A DNA stretch of 61,995 nt, from positions 1 through 61,995 of the IMG/VR virus record IMGVR_UViG_3300037246_000486; one strand, written 5' to 3'. The position numbers and the translations under genes were made by a program. Each line of letters opens with the position of its first letter. Position 1 is the first letter of the stretch. The notes under the pieces were generated by a model. That model worked only from the letters and a program-made list of their open reading frames with translations. It was not told where the DNA came from and did no database searches. Positions 44,661 through 55,028 of this stretch are shown here, piece after piece. Origin of the DNA: a virus. Taxonomy: Duplodnaviria; Caudoviricetes.

Positions 44661-45045
44661 GAAGAAACCAGAACCCGAACCGGAACTGGTGGAAGAAGTA
44701 GAAGAGGACGACGGTGGTGCCGGCGAGATGCTGGTGTACGTGGTCCGTAAGGTTGGGCCCTTCGCCTTGTTCGATCCCAAGGGGAGCCAGATAGCGGACG
44801 ACACCAAGTCCGCAGTCATGGCGCTCGCCCGGGACGAGGCCACCACCCAGATGCAGGCCGGGTTCGACACCCAGGTCGTGGAGCTCGACGACCAGGAGCG
44901 GGTCATCCGGGTGATGCCGTACTACCCCGGGGATCAGGCGGATGTGGAATTCGAGGAGGACGACCCCGCCCCCGAGGGCCCGCAGCCGTCACCCGAAGAC
45001 GAGCTGGCACCGGACGAGGAACCAGACGAGGACGACAGCGAGTGA
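44653..45045 (+). CDS. Highly acidic hypothetical protein
   Basis: Asp/Glu-rich termini; AAGGAG SD. Confidence 0.55.
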   Translation: MAKKKPEPEPELVEEVEEDDGGAGEMLVYVVRKVGPFALFDPKGSQIADDTKSAVMALARDEATTQMQAGFDTQVVELDDQERVIRVMPYYPGDQADVEFEEDDPAPEGPQPSPEDELAPDEEPDEDDSE

Positions 45046-45193
45046 ACCGAGTTGGGGGAGGCGGCCGGGGGCTGGGGTGGGGTGTTGCCCTGGTCCCCCT
45101 CGCTCCCCTCGGTGGATGGGGTGGTGGTGTGTCGAAGGCTGGGAGGCCCCAAGCAGCACCGCCACCCTCACCGCCAACTGAAAGGACACGGAC

Positions 45194-45547
45194 ATGGGAC
45201 TGACAACGAACACCAACGTGGAGAACCTCCTGGCCATCCTGAAGAAGAACAGGAGCGGTCACCGGCAACTGTACGAGGAAGCCTTCGAGGAGTACCGGCG
45301 CCAGGTGGTCAAGGCGATGGAATACAACCTGGACCGGGCACGGTCGGGTGGGGACATCCGCTTGTCCCTGGCCATGCGGACACCCGAGGACCACACCGAG
45401 GAGTACGACGCGGTGATCGGTCTGCTGGAGATGTCCACCGACCAGGACGTCGAACTGACGGCCAACGACTATCAGCGGTTCGTCCTGGACCGGTGGGAGT
45501 GGGCACGGTCCTTCGAGGTCAACACGATGTCGTACACCCAGCACTGA
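45194..45547 (+). CDS. Conserved-looking phage hypothetical protein
   Basis: 117-aa helical ORF with AAGGA SD. Confidence 0.55.
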   Translation: MGLTTNTNVENLLAILKKNRSGHRQLYEEAFEEYRRQVVKAMEYNLDRARSGGDIRLSLAMRTPEDHTEEYDAVIGLLEMSTDQDVELTANDYQRFVLDRWEWARSFEVNTMSYTQH

Positions 45548-45759
45548 CATGGCCACCATCAAGTCGAAGTGGATCCTGATTGTCCGGGCTGTGACCCTGG
45601 ACGGGATCGAGGACGAGGTGAACGAGATGCTCAAGGAGGACCCCTCACGCCAGGTGGGTCCGGTCCAGCACATACCCGGTGGCTACAGCGCCGACCCCAC
45701 GAAGGAGATGCAGGACGAGGACCTGTTCTGGGTCACCGTCACCAGCACGGAGTTCCACC

Positions 45760-46428
45760 ATGACGACACCTAAAGGCGACTACATCATCTGTCCCTGCGG
45801 CACCGACGTCCCGGTCGAGTTGGCACTGGACGGGGAGTGGTGCTCCACCACCTGCAAGGAGGACGAGGACGTCCACGGGTTCGCCTCCGACAACCGAGGA
45901 CCGTGGATGACCACGTTCACCGGCAAGCGGTTCTACCTCATGGACCCGGTGGTGGAGGACATCACCATCGAGGACATCGCCCACGCCCTGGCAATGACCT
46001 GCCGCTGGCATGGGCACACGAACACCTTCTACAGCGTGGCCCAGCACTCCGTACTCACGTCCCTGGTGGCGGACCGGCCGTACCGTATGGCAATGCTGCT
46101 GCACGACGCGGCCGAGGCGTACATCGGGGACCTGGCAAAGCCCATCAAGCGGGACACCAGGCTCGGGGAAAGCTGGCGGGTCATGGAAGACCGCATCCAG
46201 GAGCAGGTCCAGCTGGCGTTCGGATACAAGGTGCCCAACAAGGCACGGCAGAAGGTGTGGGACAACCGGGTACTGCTGGCGGAGGCCGACGACCTGGTCA
46301 ACCAGGACTGGCTCCTGGCGCTGCGGGACCGACTGCGCCTGACCCGGTACCCCGAGGACACCATCATCACGATGGGACCGACGGCAGCCGAGGCCATGTT
46401 CTTGCGGCGGTACCTGGAGCTAAACTAG
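45760..46428 (+). CDS. HD-domain phosphohydrolase (YfbR/YfdR-like 5'-deoxynucleotidase)
   Basis: 'IEDIAHALA..CRW.GH...YSVAQHS...LLHDAAEAYIGD'. Confidence 0.88.
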   Translation: MTTPKGDYIICPCGTDVPVELALDGEWCSTTCKEDEDVHGFASDNRGPWMTTFTGKRFYLMDPVVEDITIEDIAHALAMTCRWHGHTNTFYSVAQHSVLTSLVADRPYRMAMLLHDAAEAYIGDLAKPIKRDTRLGESWRVMEDRIQEQVQLAFGYKVPNKARQKVWDNRVLLAEADDLVNQDWLLALRDRLRLTRYPEDTIITMGPTAAEAMFLRRYLELN

Positions 46429-46444
46429 GGAGGGAGGTCGTAAC

Positions 46445-48387
46445 ATGGACGACATGAGACGAGGACCTATCAATCCGTTCCTCCCGCCGGTGGTGATCCG
46501 TAACGTGAACCCCCACCTGGCGAACGTAGTCGTCCAGGACGTCGTGCGGCGGTACCCGCCCGGGACCGTGGTGGACGTGGTGGAGATACACCGGTCTGCC
46601 TGTCCCGACCAGCAAGGCGGGCGCTGCACCTGCCGGCACATCCACCTGGAGATCAACCCTACCTGGGGAGGGGACATCGGCATCCCGGGACCGTACCCGC
46701 AACTCATGTGCATGAACTAGGAGCGGACTCCTATGGCAAGCGACTACGAACGGTGTCCCACCTGCTCGGAGTGGGCCTGGACGAAGCGGCACAGGTGTAA
46801 GCCCATCTGGCTAGTGTTCGACACGGACCAGCACGAGGACTGGGACGAGGCGGAGCGGGTGTACGCCAACTCCCCACAAGAGGCCGCGGAGAAGTGGGCC
46901 GAGGACGACGACTGCAACTCGGCCGAGTACTCCATCGTGGCAGGGACCCCCGCGGCAGTACAGGTTCGCCACCTGGACGAACCGGACACCGACCCGGTCT
47001 GGTGGGTGGTCACCGGGGAGTCCGTCCCGACGTACCACGGCAACGAGGCCACCGAGATTAAGTGCTGTAGGTGCCAGACCCGGGAGGCCCTGGATCCAAA
47101 GCTTATCGGACAGCGGCACGACGTTTGCGGCTCGGCAGGGTTCAAATGGGCACGATGGGAGGTGGCGTAATGAGCAACCCGACCGACGTGAGGCTGGTAC
47201 TCGGTGGACCGAAGAAGGGCGAGGTGTGGGTGAACGGGGTCAACCTGGCCAACGTGGTCGGCACCATCGCACTGTACGCACCACCAGGAGGACCGCCCCA
47301 CCTGACCATGCAGCTTGTCCCCGATAGGATTCACGTCCAGGTGGAGGGGGTTGACGTGGCATACGAGTGCGCGTTCTGCGGGCGACCCATGGACCCACCG
47401 GAGGAACCGTGAGCGGACCCATCGGACCGACCGGACCCTGCCCGCATGGGGTGGTGGACGACATCTGTGAACCCTGCACCCTACGGAACCACCTCGTCGC
47501 CCTGGTCGAGCTGTGTGACACCTTGGAGGTGGTAGGGCACCAGGTAGAGGACGCCAAGGAGATCGTCCGACAGGGGGCGGTACAGGCGTCCCCACCGGTA
47601 TGCCCCGACAACGTGGACGGGCACCCGACCGACCTGGAAGCGGCAGAGGCGCGGGCCGAGACGTGGAAGGGGCTGGCGACCGACGGGACGCTCACCGGGT
47701 TACGTGTTGACCTCGCCGCCGCCGAGAAGGTGGTCGGGTTGCTCGGCGAGGCGCTGACAAGGCTCGTGGCTGAACGGCTAGCCGAAGGTCCGCCAGAGTT
47801 CGAGGAGATTGCGACTACAGCCCTCGCCGCTCACGACGAATGGAAAAAGGGGCGGGACGAATGAGTAGCACAGCGGAGCGGATGCGGAAGTTCGTAAACG
47901 AGCACTTTCCAGATGGCTACGGCCCACGCCGCCGCGACCACGAACCCCGCATCGAAGGACACCACATGGCCGACGAGGCAGAGGCGTTGGAGGCGGCGCT
48001 GCGGGAGATCGCCGGCGAACCAGATGCCTATTCCTGTGGCGTGATCGCCCTCGCCGCACTCAAGGAGAAGAATGACGCTCAATGCCCCGCGTGCGGCGAG
48101 CCCTCCGAGTTCGTGCGCATCGACGGCGATCCCGTCTACAAGCCCGCGCTGTGTTTGGCGTGCAACACAGGAGACGACGCAGGCGCGGAGACAGGAGGCG
48201 AGGAATGAGCGAACAGCTCTACAAGTTCGAGCCCAGGTGCAAGTGCGGCCACGGCCTGTACTCGCACTACCTGTGCGGCGGTCCTGAAACCCGGTGCCTA
48301 CATGGCGGCTGCGAGTGCGAGGCGTTCCGCGAAGGGAAGCGTAATCAATCACGCACCCTCGACGCAGGCACGGAGACAGGGGCATGA
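46445..48387 (+). other. Run of small overlapping hypothetical ORFs, most with Cys motifs (46445..46720, 46733..47170, 47170..47412, 47409..47864, 47861..48208, 48205..48387)
   Basis: Translationally coupled starts and stops; CxxC-type pairs. Confidence 0.5.
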
Positions 48388-48980
48388 AGACAAAGAGGAA
48401 GCTGACACCGAAGCAGAAGCTGTTCATCCAGTACTACCTGCTGGCCCCCAATGCCCACCAGGCCGCACTCGCCGCCGGGTACTCCCCACGGACGGCGCAG
48501 GCAACTGGATCGGAGAACCTTCGGAAACCAGCCATCGCCGAGGCCATCGCGGCAGGGCAGGCGAAGGTGGCTGTCAAGCTTGAGATCACGCAGGAGCTTC
48601 TCGCGCAGGAGCTGGCCAAGCTTGCGATGGTCAACATGGAGGACTTCATCCGCATAGGGTCCGACGGCGACCCGTACATCGACCTGTCCGAACTGACCCG
48701 GGATCAGGCTGCCGCCATCAACGAGATCACCGTGGATGATTACGTGGAGGGCAGGGGTTACGAGGCCCGGGACGTCAAGAAGGTCCGGTTCAAGCTCCAC
48801 GACAAGCGGGCGTCCATCATGGACCTCGCCAAGCTCCTGGGGCTGGTGGTCACCAAGCACGAGGTCACCGGCAAGGACGGGGGACCTCTCCTGGTAGGGC
48901 CGGTCACCGAGACACCAGACGAGCTGCGGGCACGGGCTGCACAGCTGGCGGGGGCAACCATCGTGGAGGACGAGGCATGA
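48384..48980 (+). CDS. terS: Terminase small subunit
   Basis: 'LTPKQKLFIQYYL...NAHQAALAAGYSPRTA...GSENLRKPAI' and 'KLHDK...HEVTGKDGGP'. Confidence 0.9.
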   Translation: MKTKRKLTPKQKLFIQYYLLAPNAHQAALAAGYSPRTAQATGSENLRKPAIAEAIAAGQAKVAVKLEITQELLAQELAKLAMVNMEDFIRIGSDGDPYIDLSELTRDQAAAINEITVDDYVEGRGYEARDVKKVRFKLHDKRASIMDLAKLLGLVVTKHEVTGKDGGPLLVGPVTETPDELRARAAQLAGATIVEDEA

Positions 48981-50716
48981 CCACCGAGGTCATCATCACC
49001 TGCGAGCGGGACAGGTACGAGGCGAAGGTGGAAGAGCCCGGCAGTCTCGGCGGTGCGTTCCAGGCCAGCGGGGAGTACGACACGCCCCTCGGCGCGGTGG
49101 TGTCCCTGGCGGCCCGCCTGTTCGACAACTGGATCAAGGAGATGGAGCAGCAGTCGGCGGAGGTAGACCTGATAAAGGAGGCCCAGCCAGTCTGGACGCC
49201 GGAACACGGGCTACACCAGGGCACCGAGGAATCATGAGCGCGGCGTACTCGGCGGACGGGTACATGGCACGACGGTTACGAGGACGGTACCCCCGACAGG
49301 TACGGAGAGGACGGACAGTACATGTTCAGGCACAACCGGATGCAGCAGGCGGTGGAGGTGGACCTGATGAAGGAGGCACGGGACGGGAGGTTCGGGACGC
49401 TTGAGATTGTCCTGGTCCTGAAGAACCGGCGACAGTTCTTTGTCCGGCTGTGGCTGGCTACCAAGCTGGCACAGCTGGCGGGCTGGGTGGCTCCGGTCCC
49501 CACTACCGTGGAGCAGGAAGAATGAACCAGCGACCAGCGGTGGATGCGAAGGGCTGGTGTATCGTAGCCGAGACGATCCAGACCGACCTCGTGGTTGCAG
49601 GTATGCCGGTCAAGGGGTGGAGCCCGACAGGCGCCATCGCCCTGTTCCTGGACGGGGAGGTCACCGGCATCGAGACGTACCTGTTCCACGCCTATGCCGA
49701 GCTCGGTGTGAACCGCGGCATGGTGGAGCGGTGGTTGGCGAACGTCCGCCTGGTTCCGAAGGACCGGGTCTTGTCCTGGCCACGCAAGGCCAGCGAGTGA
49801 AGCCCCACCTGCGGCGCTGCCTCGAATGTCGAGGCAAGTTGGTCCCCAACGACGGGACCAAGGTGGGGGTGTGGTACTGCCCGCACTGTGACTACTGCTA
49901 CACCGACGAGCAGATCCGCCAGGCCGTGGTCAACCAGCCAGGCGCCAAGGTCATTCAGATAGGAGACCGGAGACGATGAGCGAGACAGAGAACCTGGCAG
50001 CCAGGGAGTACCCCGAGCTCCTGGACCTTCAGTGTAGCAGGGGGAACTGCGAGGAACCCCCGGTCATGGAGTGTGTGTGGACCGCCACGGGCGAGGTGTG
50101 GTTCAGGTTCTGCGAGGACCACCGGCCGAGGGGGTTCGACCAGTCTGGGCTTGCGTCCGCCGACCAGGGCGGTGTATAGGTATCAGGACACACGAGTTCA
50201 AGACCAACGAGGAGGCGCGACATGAGGACGTATACGGCAAGCAGTAAGGCGGGCACGTGGTTGCTCGGAGGCTTTGGCCTCTTCATGCTGTGGCAGCTCT
50301 TGCTGATCCTTATCAGGATCGGTTAAGCCACACGACGCAGGATGGTTGACCAACGGCGTCCCCACCACGAGGTCGGGACGCCGTTGGTCTATACGGGAGG
50401 GTGGACGATGGGCAAGCTCCTTGGCATCAGGCAGGACATCGAGATGGAGAAGGACGAGGACGGGGTCTTCCGACCCTCGCGCCGGGTGTGGACCACCACC
50501 CCGGACGGTAGGCTCCACGATGGGTCAGGACCGACCATCATCCAGCACACCATCGTCCTGGACGACTGGCGGCCACCGTTGCGACCCGATACGCCATACG
50601 ACTGGACGGACTTCGACCGCGCACTGGAGCTGGTCGACCACCTGGTTGCCATGTGCCCGGACCAGGTGGAGCTACTGGCCGAGGCTGGGCGGCGCCTGGT
50701 GGAGGAAGACGAATGA
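48977..50716 (+). other. Run of small hypothetical ORFs between terS and terL
   Basis: Coupled ORFs such as 48977..49237, 49522..49800, 49797..49979 (Zn ribbon), 49976..50179 and 50342..50716. Confidence 0.45.
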
Positions 50717-51000
50717 GCGTGTACGTCGATAACATGGCCAAGCCCTACGGCAGGATGATCATGTGCCACATGATTGCCGACTGCACCGAGGACCTGATGA
50801 CGATGGCGGACCGGGTCGGCGTGTCCAGGCGGTGGGTCCAGAACCCAGGCCGGGCCACCGAGCACTTCGACATCTGCCTGGAGATGCGGCGCAAGGCTGT
50901 CAACGCTGGCGCCATCCAGATCACCATGCGCCAGGCAGCCCTGATGCTCCGGGCCAGGAAGACCGCTGCGCCCCTGGCAGCCGAGGCAGCCCGTGCCTGA
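50713..51000 (+). CDS. DUF4031-family protein
   Basis: 'MSVYVD...MCHMIAD...L..MADRVGV.RRWVQ...EHFDI...RRKAVNAGA'. Confidence 0.8.
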   Translation: MSVYVDNMAKPYGRMIMCHMIADCTEDLMTMADRVGVSRRWVQNPGRATEHFDICLEMRRKAVNAGAIQITMRQAALMLRARKTAAPLAAEAARA

Positions 51001-51355
51001 GCTACCACCGTGGAACACCCGTATGTCGGACGGGTGCAGCGCCCTCTCCATCGGACCCCGTGCCCTGCGCAGGCGGTTCAACCTCTGGCTGTTCAGCCGG
51101 TGGCCTGACGCGACCGAGGGGTGCCTGGCCCATGACCGCTCCTACTACTACGGGGGCAGCATGGCGACCCGTCTCCAGGCGGACGAGGATCTCATGGACG
51201 CCTGGGCGGATGCGGGCGTCCCGGAGCAGACCCGACAGCTGGCCTGGACCCTCATCAGGTTCGGTGGTGCCCCCACCTGGCGCACGCCGGGTGTGTCGTG
51301 GGCGTTCGGTGGTGGGGTGTTCGAGTACACCGGACCCAGGCGGCTGCCACAATGA
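50993..51355 (+). CDS. Prokaryotic phospholipase-A2-like protein
   Basis: 'DGCS...CLAHDRSY..GG...RLQADEDL...IRFGG' pattern. Confidence 0.6.
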   Translation: MPELPPWNTRMSDGCSALSIGPRALRRRFNLWLFSRWPDATEGCLAHDRSYYYGGSMATRLQADEDLMDAWADAGVPEQTRQLAWTLIRFGGAPTWRTPGVSWAFGGGVFEYTGPRRLPQ

Positions 51356-51579
51356 GGTGGCCCTGGGCACCCCGACCCTCGAGGCGGTCGATCCTGGTCG
51401 AGCGGCAGGCGTGCTGGCGGTGGACCCTGGGGGCGTGGCCTGGTGTGCCGTTGCGTATCCCCCTGGGCGCTATCGTCAGGGCTATGGCCCACGACGTCGG
51501 GGTCGGACGGTAACGCCCGAACGTCCAGGCGGTGGCGTCCTTACACCTACACCACCCCCGGCCCGTTAGGGGGCGGTAC

Positions 51580-51978
51580 AGGCGCTCGAGGTGTTCGAGG
51601 CGCCGAGGCGGCCTCTAGGACTCTGGCCGGTTCCGGACACCTGTTCCACCCCCACTAGAGGCGGTCGAGGCGTCGAGGCGGAGGCGACGCCTCGAACCTA
51701 TCGAGCCACCCCGAAATTCCCAAGACCGGACACCGCTAGAGGCGCTAGAGACGTCGAGGCGGGCTCGACGTCTCGACCCCGGCGACTGCCCTCCATAATC
51801 ATCTAAGGATCATGGGGTAGGCAGCACCGTCGTGACCCCTCGACAACGGCAGGTAGCCACCCCTACGTGGAACCGTCGGGAAGGCACTTTCGGGTTCCCT
51901 GCATTCTTGAGGGCTCGAGCCGTCTCGACTGGTGATTGTGCCCTCCATAATCATCCCGGGATCGTGGGCTAGCAGCAC
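51580..51978. repeat. Non-coding repeat region upstream of terL: GAGGCG/TCGA-rich iterons plus two ~67-bp imperfect direct repeats
   Basis: Copies at 51761-51827 and 51911-51978 share GGGCTCGA..TCTCGAC..TGCCCTCCATAATCATC..GGATCRTGGG..GCAGCAC. Confidence 0.7.
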
Positions 51979-52147
51979 GTATTCTGACCCCGCCAGGGTG
52001 ACAGTATCAGGGCGGTACGTGGACGCCTGGGGTCGGCACATTGAGAGGTCGAGGCGTCGAGACGGTATCGACTGCTCGAACGGCTCTGTCCGGTACTGGG
52101 ACGGTCCCCGTTGCCATTGCTGTCCTTCCAAGGTGTACCCTACCGAC

Positions 52148-53620
52148 ATGCCGGCACAAGCCACCATGACCCGAACCGAGTTCCACCACGAGCTGTCCCT
52201 GGTCCAGGGCAAGCTTGCCAAGGTGGAGCTCTACGAGTTCGTGAAGGCGGTCTGGCCCATCGTGGAACCGACCCAGTCATTCGTGGACAACTGGCACATC
52301 CGCCTAATCTGCGAGCAGCTCGAAGCGGTGACCCGTGGGGAGATTAAGAACCTCATCATCAACGTGCCGCCCGGGTGCATGAAGTCCCTGCTGGTGTCGG
52401 TCATGTGGCCGGCGTGGGAGTGGGCCTCGGACGACAGCAGGCGGTACCTGAAGGCGAGCTACGGTCAGGACCTGGCGAACCGGGACAACGTCAAGGTCCG
52501 GGACATCGTTCAGTCGGCTTGGTACCAGAGCCTGTTCGGTGTCCGGTTCAGGGGTGAGACCAACCGCAAGGAGAAGTTCGAAACCGAAGGTAAGGGCTGG
52601 GCCATCGCCACGTCCGTCGGTGGGCGTGGTACCGGGGAGCACCCGGACGTCATCATCATTGACGACCCGACCTCGGCAGACCAGGCCAGGTCCGACAAGT
52701 ACCGCAAGCGGGCGAACGACTGGTACACCCAGACACTGTCCACCAGAGGCGTGGCCCGGGACGTGGCAACCGTCATCATCATGCAGCGCCTCCACGAGAA
52801 GGACCTCACCGGGTACCTCATGGACCAGGACGAGAATGGGGAGTGGGTCCACCTGTGCCTGCCCATGCAATACGAGACTTCGCGCGAGTCGGACCCCGAC
52901 TGGCAACCGGACCCGCTGGACCCCAGGACCGAACCTGGCGAACTACTGTGGCCGGACCTGTTCACCCACAAGAAGGTCCGCAAGCTGACCCTGGTCCTCG
53001 GTCCCTACGGTGCGGCCGGACAGCTGCAACAGAGACCGGCCCCCGAGGGTGGTGGCCTGTTCAAGCGGGACTGGTTCGAGATCGTGGAGCACGCACCGAA
53101 GGACGTCCTTATCAGGGTGCGGGGCTGGGACATCGCCGGCACCGAGGCATGGGAGAACCCGGACGCCGACTGGACCGCGGGCGTCCTTATCTCCATGACA
53201 CGCGAGGGGACCTTCTACGTCGAGGACGTGGTGTACGACCAGCTGTCCGAGGACGGGGTGAACCGCCTAATGAAGCAGACCGCCAAGCTGGACGGCCGGT
53301 CTGTCCTGCAACGCGAGGAGCGGGAGGGTGGGTCCAGCGGCAAGGCCGTGACCAGGGCGCGGGCACGCCTACTGCGGGGGTTCGACTACGCCGAGGTCAT
53401 TGTCAACAAGGCGGACAAGGTGGGACGAGCCCGACCACTCCGAGGTCAGGCAGAGGCGCGCAACGTGAAGCTGGTGGCCGGACTGTGGAACCGCAGGTAC
53501 CTGGACGAGTTGGCGGTGTTCCCAACGGGGGAGCATGACGACCAGGTGGACGGCAGCAGCTGTGCATTCAACGCGATCATTGACGAGGAGCCCGGTGCCG
53601 AGGGCCTGATGCTATGGTAA
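52148..53620 (+). CDS. terL: Terminase large subunit
   Basis: 'LIINVPPGCMKS' (Walker A variant), 'IIIDDP', 'IIMQRLHEKD', 'GWDIA', 'HDDQVD'; start uncertain (ORF open from 51932). Confidence 0.95.
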   Translation: MPAQATMTRTEFHHELSLVQGKLAKVELYEFVKAVWPIVEPTQSFVDNWHIRLICEQLEAVTRGEIKNLIINVPPGCMKSLLVSVMWPAWEWASDDSRRYLKASYGQDLANRDNVKVRDIVQSAWYQSLFGVRFRGETNRKEKFETEGKGWAIATSVGGRGTGEHPDVIIIDDPTSADQARSDKYRKRANDWYTQTLSTRGVARDVATVIIMQRLHEKDLTGYLMDQDENGEWVHLCLPMQYETSRESDPDWQPDPLDPRTEPGELLWPDLFTHKKVRKLTLVLGPYGAAGQLQQRPAPEGGGLFKRDWFEIVEHAPKDVLIRVRGWDIAGTEAWENPDADWTAGVLISMTREGTFYVEDVVYDQLSEDGVNRLMKQTAKLDGRSVLQREEREGGSSGKAVTRARARLLRGFDYAEVIVNKADKVGRARPLRGQAEARNVKLVAGLWNRRYLDELAVFPTGEHDDQVDGSSCAFNAIIDEEPGAEGLMLW

Positions 53621-53633
53621 AAACAGGGACACC

Positions 53634-55025
53634 ATGACTGACAAAGTAAGCGGAGACGGATGGGGATTCAGGAGTCTGGCCAGCGCCCTCGCCAACCGGA
53701 TCGGCCTGGCCAACGCAGCAGGCATATCCTACGGGGGCGAGCGGGACCTATACAAGGCACTCGGTTACAAGCGTGAGCTCACACCCGAGGACTACCGCAC
53801 CCGGTACGACCGGGGTGAGGTGGCCGGCAGGGTGGTGGATGCCAAGCCCCGGTCCACCTGGTCCGACGGCTTCGAGATCGTAGACGACCAGCAGCCGGAC
53901 GTGGAGACAGCCCTGGAGAAGGCGTGGAAGGAGATGGCCATCCGGTTGGACGTGGTGTCCCGGTTCCAGCGCGCGGACATCCTGGCGGGACTGGGCCAGT
54001 TCAGTTGCCTGCTGATCGGGGCACCTGGCGAACTGGACCAGGAGCTCGGCACGGTGACCGCCGAGCAGGTGGTGTTCCTCCAACCGTTCAGCCAACGGGA
54101 CATCACCGTGAAGCAGACCGAGGGCGACCTGGAGGACGCGAGGTTCGGACTGCCCGTGCTGTACGAGTTCCAGAGGATCGGTGCCAAGACCACCGGGTCG
54201 GGGCGGTCCAGTAAGTCGGCGATGGTGCACTGGACGCGGGTCATCCACATCGCGGACAACCTCCTGGACGACGACATCCTGGGGCAGCCCAGACTGCGCA
54301 GGGTGTGGAACCGCATTGACGACATCGACAAGGTCGCAGGCGGTGGGGCGGAGGCGTTCTGGGTCCGGGCCAACCCTCCGACCATCGTGTCCATCGACAA
54401 GGACCTGAAGATCACCCCGGACGATAAGGCGGACCTGAAGTCCCAGATGGACGAGCTGGTCAACAACATGCGGCGGTACGTGGCAGGTCGGGGCCTGGAG
54501 GTCAACCAGCTGGCCATGTCGGTGGCGGACATCAAGGGACCGGTGGACACCCTCATGACCCTGGTTGCCGTGGGGTCCGATACCCCGAAGCGTATCCTCA
54601 TGGGTTCGGAGCAGGGCGTCCTGGCGGCGAGCAAGGATAAGGACAACTGGGACAACGTCATTACGACCAGGCGGACACAGTTCGCCGAGCCCCAGGTGGT
54701 GCGGCAGTTCATCGATAGGATGATCGACCACAAGGCCCTACCCCCGGCAACCGAGGACATGTACGAGGTACGCTGGCCGGACATCGAGGCCCTGAACGAC
54801 GTGGAGGCAGCCGAGGTTGGCAAGGCATGGGCTGGTATCAACCGGGAGTTCGGGGCGACCGTTGTCACCGAGGACGAGATCCGCACGCGGGTCCTGAACC
54901 TGCCGCCCCTGGAAGAAGTGACCGACGAAGACGCGGACCAGATGATTGATGACAACACACCCGAGGACGTGGAGGACGAGGACACGCCCCCGGAAGAAGG
55001 CGACGACCCGAGTCTCACGGAGTAG
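53634..55025 (+). CDS. Portal protein (DUF1073-type)
   Basis: Follows terL; 'RFGLP..Y', 'VHWTRVIH', 'TPKRILMGSEQG'. Confidence 0.88.
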   Translation: MTDKVSGDGWGFRSLASALANRIGLANAAGISYGGERDLYKALGYKRELTPEDYRTRYDRGEVAGRVVDAKPRSTWSDGFEIVDDQQPDVETALEKAWKEMAIRLDVVSRFQRADILAGLGQFSCLLIGAPGELDQELGTVTAEQVVFLQPFSQRDITVKQTEGDLEDARFGLPVLYEFQRIGAKTTGSGRSSKSAMVHWTRVIHIADNLLDDDILGQPRLRRVWNRIDDIDKVAGGGAEAFWVRANPPTIVSIDKDLKITPDDKADLKSQMDELVNNMRRYVAGRGLEVNQLAMSVADIKGPVDTLMTLVAVGSDTPKRILMGSEQGVLAASKDKDNWDNVITTRRTQFAEPQVVRQFIDRMIDHKALPPATEDMYEVRWPDIEALNDVEAAEVGKAWAGINREFGATVVTEDEIRTRVLNLPPLEEVTDEDADQMIDDNTPEDVEDEDTPPEEGDDPSLTE

Positions 55026-55028
55026 ACC

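Noticed and set aside
45760-46428. DatZ-type dATPase of a 2-aminoadenine (Z) genome system
   Set aside because: No PurZ or dedicated polymerase is present, and this HD family is common in ordinary phages.
53634-55025. Anti-CBASS Acb1 label often attached to this portal family
   Set aside because: I saw no extra 2H-phosphoesterase domain; size and position fit a plain portal protein.
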